Assembly: GCA_934167665.1 (NCBI GenBank)
Contig: CAKPLN010000001.1
Coordinates: 341,331-405,330, forward strand
Source: an uncultured Bacilli bacterium
Lineage (GTDB): Bacteria; Bacillota_I; Bacilli_A; RF39; UBA660
Length of the DNA: 64,000 nt
Direction of reading: 5' to 3'
The position numbers were made by a program, and so were the translations under genes. Every line of letters begins with the position of its first letter. The stretch's first letter is position 1. The notes beneath the pieces were generated by a model that was not told the origin of the DNA, made no database searches, and saw nothing but the letters and a program-made list of their open reading frames with translations. This document shows positions 28,714 through 38,400 of the stretch, one piece after another.

Positions 28714-29097
28714 TTACACTTCCATAAAGTAGTGCTTGTCTAGCAACAAGCCTAATTTACCAGTAATATATTCAACAGAAGAATTATTAAAATCAATTTT
28801 TGGATCTCTTCTTTTAAACTTACAACTTAAAACATTAACAAGACCACTAATTTCTAAACGCCTAGATTCACTAAATAAAATATCAAAATCACGGTTTTCA
28901 TAAGAAACAAATAATTGCTCTAAAGTAGTTATTCCTCTCTTTTCCAATAATTTTAATGTAGAATTAGGAACTAAATCAGCCAAATCAGATAATAAAATAT
29001 CACTAAAAGTAGAGTTATCATCATCTATATCACTAATTGATATATCTTCTTCATCAATAACGCAATCTTTATGACAACCCCTACCATTTGCCTTCAA
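28714..29097 (-). CDS. Hypothetical acidic protein; TTG start; probably the 3' part of a gene disrupted at a T5 homopolymer
   Basis: The frame opens inside upstream ORF X. The junction is at AGTACTTTTTATTGATGA (29123-29145). Confidence 0.35.
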   Translation of the reverse strand: MKANGRGCHKDCVIDEEDISISDIDDDNSTFSDILLSDLADLVPNSTLKLLEKRGITTLEQLFVSYENRDFDILFSESRRLEISGLVNVLSCKFKRRDPKIDFNNSSVEYITGKLGLLLDKHYFMEV

Positions 29098-29122
29098 ACA
29101 TTCCTTAACATAAGTAAGAAAC

Positions 29123-29290
29123 TTATCATCAATAAAAAGTACTAGTTGCTAAAGCCGAAGATCTATCTCTTATATAAAAACCCGTCTTATAAATCATCCC
29201 TGTTTTTCTATCCAAAATTTCAAAAACGGTACCATCTCTAAAATCAGCATCATTATAAGGTCATTCCAGCCAACTATATCTATTACTCAA
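29123..29290 (-). pseudogene. Small ORF X with an in-frame TGA (29261-29263), ending in the tandem stops TGA TGA TAA. Likely the 5' part of a decayed gene continuing into 28714-29097
   Basis: TTG after a GGAG ribosome-binding site, then MSNRYSWLE[TGA]PYNDADFRDGTVFEILDRKTGMIYKTGFYIRDRSSALATSTFY. Confidence 0.35.
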
Positions 29291-29383
29291 TTCAAATTTC
29301 TCCTATCAACTTGACTTATTATAATAAACTGCAAACAAATATTCATCAATAGTGATACTACTATTTAAAAAGAAAAATCATTA

Positions 29384-29413
29384 TAAAAAAAGAATCTCTA
29401 TTTATGAGATTCC
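29384..29413 (-). terminator. Terminator hairpin overlapping the histidine kinase stop codon
   Basis: GGAATCTC-ATAAATA-GAGATTC followed by T7 on the minus strand. Confidence 0.55.
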
Positions 29414-30678
29414 TTTGTAATTATAAATGATACGCCTTTCTTTTCATTGCTAATCATAATATCATAATTCATTAAATTAAGTGTTTTTTTAACAATAGAC
29501 AAGCCTAATCCAAACTCTCCTTTGATTCCCTTACGGAACGGAGTAAAAATTCCATCAAGAAAATCTTTATCTATATTTTCACCGTCATTGTATAAAATAA
29601 GTTTGTTTTGCTTGGCTATTATTTTTATAGTTGTAGCAGTATATCGCATAAAATTACTAAGTAAATTATCTAAAATTGTTTCCCAGTTTTCTTCAGTTCC
29701 AACATAATGAGATTTTTTATCAATCTCAACAATGAAGTTAATATCTTTTCTATGAAATTTGAACTTTTCAACTTCAAGATTAATAATTTTCTCCATATCA
29801 ACTGGTACAATTTTTATATTCTTAGTACTTTTAAGATAATCGAGTTTATTTAAATAAAGAAGTGAGTGTACTTTTTGTTCTAATTTTGAAGTCTGTTCTT
29901 TAATAACAGTTAAGGCTGTCTTTTCATCCTCAACCTCATCTTCAACAGCTTCTATATATGATTTTATTACAGTGAGAGGTGTTTTAAAATCATGTGAAAT
30001 ATTTTGATACATTTGATTACGATATTCTTCCTGATTAATCAAAGAAAGGCGCATATCTTCTATTGCTAAAGCTAAAGATCTAATTTCATCATCAGTTTCA
30101 AAATCAACCATATGATTATAATCAGGATTATCAATATTATCAATCTTATTCTTTAGCTTTTCTATCTTTCTAACTATAAAAGAAGACCAAGTTGTAAGAA
30201 TTACACCAATTAATAAGCAAGTAAATAAAACTATTGGAAATATTGCTCCAAGTAAAGCACTTTTAGTTTTATTAATATAACTATCATCAGATAAAGCGAT
30301 CTTAACTACTCGCTCACTTTTAATAGTATAGTAGTAATAGTTTTTATGATTATAAGTAAATTTTCCATAACTATCTGTCATTTTATCAAGTAAGATCCCT
30401 AAATTATCAACCTTAATAATGTCTCTTAGATTACTAGTTGAAGCAACATTATTACCAACAACATAAATATAAGCAATTTCTGTATCCAACAACTTAGAAT
30501 CAAAGTTATCATTATTAACAAGTTTTAAAGGTTCACTTAAATAACTATATACATTGTTTTCAGCAACCGGTAATATAAGTTTAGGTAACACAATTCCAAG
30601 TAAAATAAACAATACAACAAATGTTAATCCAACAAGCCAAATTAGCTGTCTACTAAGTTTATTTTTAACTTTTTTCAT
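29398..30678 (-). CDS. Sensor histidine kinase (2 TM, HisKA, HATPase)
   Basis: H-box ISHDFKTPLT, and N and G boxes in the C-terminal part. Confidence 0.85.
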   Translation of the reverse strand: MKKVKNKLSRQLIWLVGLTFVVLFILLGIVLPKLILPVAENNVYSYLSEPLKLVNNDNFDSKLLDTEIAYIYVVGNNVASTSNLRDIIKVDNLGILLDKMTDSYGKFTYNHKNYYYYTIKSERVVKIALSDDSYINKTKSALLGAIFPIVLFTCLLIGVILTTWSSFIVRKIEKLKNKIDNIDNPDYNHMVDFETDDEIRSLALAIEDMRLSLINQEEYRNQMYQNISHDFKTPLTVIKSYIEAVEDEVEDEKTALTVIKEQTSKLEQKVHSLLYLNKLDYLKSTKNIKIVPVDMEKIINLEVEKFKFHRKDINFIVEIDKKSHYVGTEENWETILDNLLSNFMRYTATTIKIIAKQNKLILYNDGENIDKDFLDGIFTPFRKGIKGEFGLGLSIVKKTLNLMNYDIMISNEKKGVSFIITKESHK

Positions 30679-31334
30679 GATAATCTATACCCATATCCAT
30701 AAATAGCATTAAGATTAAGTTTAGGCATTTTTTTTCTAAGCCTTCTAACTAAATCATCCACAACCCTATCTGATCCAAAATAGTCCATTCCCCATACTTC
30801 ATTCAAGATTTCTTCTCTTGAAAAGCCCTTATCTAAGTGTTTTAAAAACATGACTAATAAATCAAATTCTAGTGTCGTAAGTTTAATTTCTTTGCCATTT
30901 AAAGTTACTAATCTCTTTACAGTATCAATAGAATAATCACCATAAGTAATAATATCCGAATTAATATCTTTATAAACCCTCTTGATAATTCTATTAACTC
31001 TCAAAACTAATTCCTTAGTTGAATAAGGCTTAGTAATATAATCATCACTTCCAAGTTCTAGTCCAAGTATCTTATCAAGATCCTGATCTCTCGCTGATGT
31101 AAATATAACAGGAACATTAACATCCTTTTCACGAATAGCCTTAATTATATCATAGCCATTAACATCATCACCAAGCATAATATCAAGTATCCATAAATGA
31201 GGACTATTATCAATATAGTCTATAGCATCCTTACCTTTAGTAAAGCAAACTACATTGTATCCAGCCTTCTCCAAATAAGCTTTAATAAGTGTTGAAAGAT
31301 CAGCTTCATCTTCTACTAAACAGATAGTATACAT
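30675..31334 (-). CDS. OmpR-family response regulator
   Basis: Receiver domain (LVEDE...DIML..D) plus a winged-helix C-terminus. It overlaps the kinase gene by 4 nt. Confidence 0.9.
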   Translation of the reverse strand: MYTICLVEDEADLSTLIKAYLEKAGYNVVCFTKGKDAIDYIDNSPHLWILDIMLGDDVNGYDIIKAIREKDVNVPVIFTSARDQDLDKILGLELGSDDYITKPYSTKELVLRVNRIIKRVYKDINSDIITYGDYSIDTVKRLVTLNGKEIKLTTLEFDLLVMFLKHLDKGFSREEILNEVWGMDYFGSDRVVDDLVRRLRKKMPKLNLNAIYGYGYRLS

Positions 31335-31522
31335 TTATAATCACCACCAATAGTATACCATTAAATACTAATATTTTCTATTATCTATTTATCTCCTCCT
31401 TTATATATATAAAGTAAAATATAAATCAGTCTAATTTAAATAATTTTTATTCTTTCCTTATAATACATTACCTCCTTTACACCCTAATCATACCTCTTAA
31501 ATACAGTCGAAATATCGCACAT

Positions 31523-31540
31523 TTATGGGAAATTATGGGA
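31523..31540. promoter_or_regulatory. Direct repeat TTATGGGA-AA-TTATGGGA (10 bp periodicity) upstream of the two-component operon
   Basis: Seen directly in the sequence. Its geometry matches OmpR-family binding sites. Confidence 0.25.
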
Positions 31541-31571
31541 TTTTTTTATTAACGAGCAAATAAAAAAACTA

Positions 31572-32120
31572 CTACCCAAGTAATAGTTCTTCAATAGCCT
31601 TCCAAGAAGTTACTCTATTTTTAACCTCTGGATACATATTTTTATCATCAAATAGAAAAACATTAATTCCCTTTTCTACTAAAGCCTCATAATTAGCAAT
31701 GTCATCATCTATCATAATATCAATTTTATTTTCTTCACATATCATAGCTTTTTCTTCTTTATATACATGACTATAATACTTTTTATATAAAATATCATTA
31801 TCAGCTAACCACTCCAAAGTAATATAATCAACCTTTTTACCGTCTGGCATATATACATCACTTCTAGCCGTTATAATATAAATATCATTATCTAAAGAAA
31901 GTTTAGTAAATACCTCTTTAAAATCATTCTTAAGTTCAGCTTCTTTTATTATATCGATAAAATGTTCCTTTAAAAATCTTTTTCTAAGTGAAAAGTCCAT
32001 AAAAATATCAGCAACTTCCATTTTTTTAATAGCAGCATACTTCTTAGCCCATTTATTTAAACTTTCCGATGTTTTACACACCGTATCATCCAAATCAAGT
32101 CCTATCTTCAACCAAATCAC
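31572..32120 (-). CDS. HAD-superfamily hydrolase
   Basis: Motif I, IGLDLDDTV. Confidence 0.5.
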   Translation of the reverse strand: MIWLKIGLDLDDTVCKTSESLNKWAKKYAAIKKMEVADIFMDFSLRKRFLKEHFIDIIKEAELKNDFKEVFTKLSLDNDIYIITARSDVYMPDGKKVDYITLEWLADNDILYKKYYSHVYKEEKAMICEENKIDIMIDDDIANYEALVEKGINVFLFDDKNMYPEVKNRVTSWKAIEELLLG

Positions 32121-32123
32121 CTC

Positions 32124-33155
32124 CTATTTTAAAGCTTCAATCGCCTCTATTGCCTCTTCTATATTAGAGACTTCTACAAGTTTTATTTTTAAATTCTTCT
32201 CTTTCTTTACCTTTACACATTCCTCATAGTTATCACCACTTGGTACTAAAAACACATCCGCACCACCTGCTGCGGCTCCAATTAATTTATACCTAACTCC
32301 CCCTATTTGTCCAATACTACCATCACTTTCAATAGTACCAGTTCCAGCAATTTTTAATGAATTAGTTAAGTCTTTTTCAACTAATTTATCATAAATAGCA
32401 AGTGTTGTAATTAAACCAGCTGATGGGCCAGACTCATCAGACTCAAATTGTAGTTTTACTTCCGGATTAGTTTTATACTCATTAACAGTTTGTAGATAAA
32501 TTCCTAAAATAATTCTATCATCATAATTATATAATTTAGTATCAAATTCAACAGTTTTATTATCTCTAAGTACTTTAATATTAACACTATCCAAACCCTT
32601 TAATGTTTGAATATATTGTTGATATTCAGCTAATGTAGAAAAACTATTACCATTAATCTCTAATAACAAATCTCCAACCTTAAAAGATGTTTCGTAACCA
32701 CTTATAACAGAAATTACATAGATTTTAGAACTAATAATATTACACTCTTTATTAGCCAATTTATAAGCCCAATATATTGCATTACCATTAGCACTATCTA
32801 GATCCAATAAACTTCTAAACTCTATATCATCAACACTTTCACTAGCATCATATTTATATAAGTTAACACTTTCTCTTTCCCACGATGGAATAATATAACT
32901 AAGTAAATATGATCCAACTGTTCCCTTTAATTCAGACACATAAGAAATATTAAAACTACCATTACTACTATACTGATCTACAACATTAATTCTATCATCA
33001 ATATCACTAATTCCTCCACCAATAATAATATAATAATTTACCGGATAAAAGAATAATATTAGTATAAAGAAAGAAACAATTAAAGCCTTATATTCTTCTA
33101 TAAAAAACTGCTTTATATCACAAAATATCTTATTAAAAATTTTTCTAAACATCAT
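32124..33155 (-). CDS. YlbL-like membrane-anchored Lon-type (S16) protease with a PDZ domain
   Basis: N-terminal TM, a PDZ-like segment, and the catalytic Ser motif DGPSAGL with a downstream Lys region. Confidence 0.7.
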   Translation of the reverse strand: MMFRKIFNKIFCDIKQFFIEEYKALIVSFFILILFFYPVNYYIIIGGGISDIDDRINVVDQYSSNGSFNISYVSELKGTVGSYLLSYIIPSWERESVNLYKYDASESVDDIEFRSLLDLDSANGNAIYWAYKLANKECNIISSKIYVISVISGYETSFKVGDLLLEINGNSFSTLAEYQQYIQTLKGLDSVNIKVLRDNKTVEFDTKLYNYDDRIILGIYLQTVNEYKTNPEVKLQFESDESGPSAGLITTLAIYDKLVEKDLTNSLKIAGTGTIESDGSIGQIGGVRYKLIGAAAGGADVFLVPSGDNYEECVKVKKEKNLKIKLVEVSNIEEAIEAIEALK

Positions 33156-33192
33156 ATCACCTTACTTAATTATAACAAAGAAATGGAGAATT

Positions 33193-34065
33193 ATGAAAAG
33201 AAATTATAAAACCATAATAATTATAAGTCTATTAGTATTATTAATAATATATATCCTAAATTCTAATATGATAGCAACAAGTATTATAAATTATACTAAT
33301 CTCTTTATTACTAAACTTTTCCCTTCTAGTTTTATTATTTTTATTTTCTCATCATTATTAATTGATTATGGTATCATTCAATTACTTAGTAGTACTAAAA
33401 TAAATGGAAATATTATCTATGTCAGTCTAATGAGCTTAATTAGTGGTTTCCCAAGTGGTGTAAAATATACAAAGGAACTTTTAGATAAAAATCTAATTTC
33501 TCCTAAAACAGCCAACTATTTAATAACCTATACCCACTTTCCTAATCCCATCTTTCTATTAGGCCCAATATCATCAATATTAACTAAACCCCTAGCCTTA
33601 AAACTACTTATGATAATTATTATAAGTAATACCATTATAGCCATCATATTTAAACCTAAAAAAGAAACATTCACTCTTCCTAAAACAAGTAACACTAGTT
33701 TTGCCACATCTTTAAAAAAAGCAACTTACGCATCATTAAAAACATTAACTATAGTTTATAGTTCATCCCTTTTTTTCTATTTAATAAGTATTATTATCAC
33801 TAAATACATTAGCCTAGATCCCTTAAATTATGTAATTTTAAATGGTCTATTTGATCTAACCCAAGGAATATTTTCATCTCCAATAATATCAAGTATCACA
33901 ACAAGAGCTATTGTTATTTTATTTTTCCTATCATTTGGAAGTATTTCTATACATATCCAAACAAAAAGTATCATTGCTGATACTTCTATAAACTATAATA
34001 AATATTTACTAGGAAGAGTCTTAGAAACAATAATAGCCTTATCTTTATTTATAATATTAAACTAA
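33193..34065 (+). CDS. Polytopic membrane protein (about 8 TM), hypothetical, possibly YlbJ-like
   Basis: Highly hydrophobic. No peptidase A24 (prepilin peptidase) motifs were seen. Confidence 0.35.
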   Translation: MKRNYKTIIIISLLVLLIIYILNSNMIATSIINYTNLFITKLFPSSFIIFIFSSLLIDYGIIQLLSSTKINGNIIYVSLMSLISGFPSGVKYTKELLDKNLISPKTANYLITYTHFPNPIFLLGPISSILTKPLALKLLMIIIISNTIIAIIFKPKKETFTLPKTSNTSFATSLKKATYASLKTLTIVYSSSLFFYLISIIITKYISLDPLNYVILNGLFDLTQGIFSSPIISSITTRAIVILFFLSFGSISIHIQTKSIIADTSINYNKYLLGRVLETIIALSLFIILN

Positions 34066-34709
34066 AAATAATTGATTGGACAAACTATATCTATTCCATA
34101 TCTAGTTCCTAAATCAGGATGGTAAAAACCAACATAGAAACTAAAGATACTATTATCGGTATCAATAATAATATTGTTAATTCTAAAATCATAGATTTTG
34201 CATCCTTCTCCCCCACACTTTGCAGAGTTACCATTATATCCAAAACCTAAATCAGGTAATTTATAAACTGTATAGTCATCACTACCCTCATCAGTACCAT
34301 AACTAATCTCAAAAACATCATCATGATCAGAACTACAAACGCCATCTTCAGAATCAATACATTCCCCAAAATCTCTAGCATAAGATGCCCCAACTGTTAA
34401 TTTTTTCTTAGCACCATCACGAAATGTCAAATATACAACATATTTTTTTTCGTAATCGCTATTAGAATTAGATATATTTTCATCGATCTTAGCATCAACT
34501 AACCCTTTTTTTATAAGATCATCTTGTATTTCCTTTGTTAAAAGGTTTTTATATGTAACAATCTTATCTTTATCAGATTCAATATTCTGTTTATTTTTAT
34601 ACTTATTAACAGTCCCATACATAGATACCATTAATATTGTCATTAATATAAAACTAACTAAAATTTCAACTGCTGTCATTCCTTTATTATTTAATCTTAC
34701 CCTTTTCAT
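34062..34709 (-). CDS. Pseudopilin / minor pilin with a class III (prepilin) signal
   Basis: NNKG-MTAVE: Gly at -1 and Glu at +5, followed by a hydrophobic helix. Confidence 0.6.
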   Translation of the reverse strand: MKRVRLNNKGMTAVEILVSFILMTILMVSMYGTVNKYKNKQNIESDKDKIVTYKNLLTKEIQDDLIKKGLVDAKIDENISNSNSDYEKKYVVYLTFRDGAKKKLTVGASYARDFGECIDSEDGVCSSDHDDVFEISYGTDEGSDDYTVYKLPDLGFGYNGNSAKCGGEGCKIYDFRINNIIIDTDNSIFSFYVGFYHPDLGTRYGIDIVCPINYF

Positions 34710-35335
34710 TACTTCTTCACCTCTATTGTTGAATAAGCATAGTAATCATTATCATCCTTAGTTCTATGATACTCAATTATTAATCTATATTTAGCCCCAT
34801 TCAAAGAAGCCGTATTAATATATTCAGGCAAATAAGCAACATAATCTGATAAATTGCCACTAAAAATACCTTGACCAAGTTCTGTTGCCGCTCTTTCCTT
34901 AAAGTCTGTTAATCTATATGCAGTTAAATATATACAAGGCTTATCATCAGCTGTATTAGTAATATTACCATTACTATCTCTAGCGGCAACTTGTAATTTA
35001 CTAACAAGATTATTACATAAATTTTGTGTAGTAGCATCATAAGGAATATCAGTAGTACAATCAAATCTATGATAACTATTATTAGCTATATCATACGAAA
35101 TGCTACCGGCAGTAGAAACATCTCCAAATGAAACATCATCACTTTGAATAATCTTCTTAAACCAATAAGTACCATATTTACCGTCAATATCATCGTAAAC
35201 TTCTCGCTTTTCATATTCCGCAACTATTGGAAATAAGTTGGTATATATAATGGAAAATATAGTCATTACAAATACCGTAACTATAAGGGTCTCTGCGAGC
35301 ATAAAACCCTTGTCGTTTAATTTGAATTTTTTCAT
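34709..35335 (-). CDS. Pseudopilin / minor pilin with a class III signal
   Basis: NDKG-FMLAE-TLIV. Its stop overlaps the start of the downstream pseudopilin gene. Confidence 0.65.
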   Translation of the reverse strand: MKKFKLNDKGFMLAETLIVTVFVMTIFSIIYTNLFPIVAEYEKREVYDDIDGKYGTYWFKKIIQSDDVSFGDVSTAGSISYDIANNSYHRFDCTTDIPYDATTQNLCNNLVSKLQVAARDSNGNITNTADDKPCIYLTAYRLTDFKERAATELGQGIFSGNLSDYVAYLPEYINTASLNGAKYRLIIEYHRTKDDNDYYAYSTIEVKK

Positions 35336-35422
35336 AACTCTCTCCTTGCTATTATAATAAAACTATTATATAATAAAATATAGTAAAATACCATATCAAA
35401 GTAAACAAAAGGGGTTGAAAAA

Positions 35423-38400
35423 ATGGTAGAAATGGAAGTAAGAAAAGTAACAAAAGGTGTTGAATCTAACATGGTAGCTTTCGACTTTGAGCGTACACCA
35501 ATTACTCAAATCGCCGATTATATCATTATAACTGCCTCAAGAAACAATGCTTCAGATATTCATTTTGATCCACGTGATGAGAGCATGATGGTAAGATTCC
35601 GTATTGATGGTGACTTGCAAGATTATACAAATATTCCAAAACTTTACGAAAGAACCCTAACTACTCGTCTAAAACTTTTAGCTGGAATGAATATTACAGA
35701 ATCTCGTCTACCTCAAGATGGTGCCATAAAAGGTGAATTTGGTGGCCAATATCTTGATATGCGTGTTTCCTGTCTTCCACTTAACACAGGTGAAAAAATA
35801 GTTATTCGTATCTTAGATTATACAAGAAGTTTAAAAGGTGTTGAACATTTAGGATTCAATCAAACTAATTTAAAGAAAATCAAAAGAATGATGGGTGTCC
35901 CAAATGGTATCATTTTAGTTACTGGTGCTACAGGTTCTGGTAAATCTACGACAGTATATTCAATACTACAGGAATTAAATCGCCCTGAAACAAACATTAT
36001 TACTGTTGAAGACCCAATCGAAATGGACATCGAAGGAATGAATCAAGTTCAAGTAAATGCTGAAATCGGTATGACATTTGCCGCTGCTTTAAGATCTATT
36101 TTGCGTCAAGACCCAAATATTATACTAATAGGAGAAATTCGTGACTCAGAAACTGCTCAAATAGCAGTTCGTGCTTCAATAACAGGTCACTTAGTTCTAT
36201 CAACTATCCACACCAACAATGCCCTTTCAACAATTGAACGTTTACTAGATATGGATGTAGAGCGATACTTACTATCAACATCTCTTACTGGAATAATTGC
36301 TCAAAGACTTGCCAAAAAACTATGCACACATTGCCGCATAGAAAGAGAAACAACAAAATATGAAAAAAAAGTCTTTAAAAAATTCATGAATCGTGACATT
36401 GAAAAAATCTACGATGCCAACCCAAAAGGCTGTGAAAACTGCCGTAACGGTTATAAAGGACGTATCGCTGTTCACGAAGTCCTAGAAATTGATGATGAAA
36501 TTAGAAATGCTTTGGCCATTAATAAAATGACTAAAGAAGAACTATCTAAAATGGTATACGGATCAAAAACTATAACAATGCTTCAAGATGCCTTAGGAAA
36601 AGCTATATCAGGCCTAACAAGTTTTGAAGAAGTATACAGAGTAATAGAAATTGAAACAGAACCAGATGATGATACTGCTTATCTAACTAGAGCCATAGAA
36701 GATGTTCCAGAAGTAATTAAACCAACTTCACCAGTTCAGACAGCACCAAAAGCTACTGAAACTTCACCTTTACAAGTAACTCCAACAACAGTATCTACAA
36801 CTGTACCCGTAACAACTCCTGCTACAGTAGCTCCTTCAAAAGTCAGTACACCAGTTAATACTAATAAAGCTGTAAATACTCAAAATACTGAAATAAAAAC
36901 TCCAATTTTATTAACTAAAGAGCAAGAGCAGCAACAAGCAGAAAATGCCAAGACTAAATTAAAAGAACTAGTCGAAGCAGAAAATGCCAAAAAACTAGCT
37001 GAAGTAATATCAAAACCACAAGAAGTACAAAGAGCAAAGCTAGTTGTACAAGATCCAAAACTAAATCCAGTACCTGTACAAACAAAAACAAATACCGAAA
37101 ACGAAACACAAAATAAAGAAAAAGCTGCTGAACAGCCTATTCCTATTCCTATTCCTATTCCACCACAAAGATTATATCAATTACCTAGATCATCAAATGA
37201 ACAGTTACCTAAACAAGTAAAAACAACTTCACCTAAGATTGAAAAAATGGAGAAAGCTATTCCAGAGTTAAATATAAAAATTAAAACTAATGATAAGAAA
37301 GCTACAATAAAATCATTAAGTGGTTCACCAATATTTGAAAATAGTAACCTCTTTGAAGAAAAAGACAAAGTCAAAGCCATTGACCTTAATAAAATAAGTC
37401 AATCAATAGACTTAAAGAAAGAAGAAAAAGTTATTAATCCTCTAAAACCAACCGTTAAACCAGATGAAAGCAATGATAGAGGAAATAACATCCCTGTAAT
37501 TATTGAAACATTCTCAATAGATGACAGTCTAAGATCAGCTCCAAAGTTAAATGCCATCAAGCTTGATCAAATAAAAAATAATGAAACAGTTCCTACTACT
37601 AATAAAGAAAAAGTTGCAGTAAAAAAAGAAACAACAAATAACAGTACTGAAAAGTTCGAAATAGAAACACCAACAACAAATACAAGTAAGACTGATAATA
37701 AAGATAGTGAAAGGAAAGAACAAGTTGGAACAACAAGTATTAAACCAGTAGCCTCTAAAACCACTACTAAAAAAATAACTAAAGCTAATGTAGAAACTGT
37801 TAAACCTACTACTCCTGTAGTTGAACCAAAAGTAGTGCCTACTACCAAACCAATATTACAACAACCAGTAGTAAATACAGTTAAATCAGTAGTGCCTATT
37901 GTTAATACTCTAACTACAAAAGCTAATATTGAAACGGTTAAACCAACAGTTCCTATTACGAACCCTACAACTGCAAAAGTTAATATCGAAGCTGTTAAAC
38001 CTATAGCTCCTGTTACTACTCCTATAGCTACAAAAACTAATATTGAAACTGATAAACCTACTACTACTGAGGTTGTACCAAAAGTAGCGCCTACTACAAA
38101 ACCAGTATTGCGACAACCAGTAATAAATACAGTTAAATCAGTAGTGCCTATTGTTAATACTTTAACTACAAAAACCAATATTGAAGCTGTTAAACCTACT
38201 ATTCCTGTGATTGTACCAAAAGTAGCACCTACTACAAAACCAGTATTGCAACAACCAGTAATAAATACAGTTAAATCAGTAGTGCCTATTGTTAATACTT
38301 TAACTACAAAAGTTAATATCGAAGCTGTTAAACCTATAGCTCCTGTTACTACTCCTATAGCTACAAAAGCTAATATTGAAACTGTTAAACCTATAGCTCC

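Noticed and set aside
28714-29290. Resemblance of the repaired 190 aa protein to the Rho N-terminal domain or to 3-methyladenine glycosylase Tag
   Set aside because: The motif order is wrong for Rho, and fewer than a handful of Tag signature residues align. This is treated as unknown.
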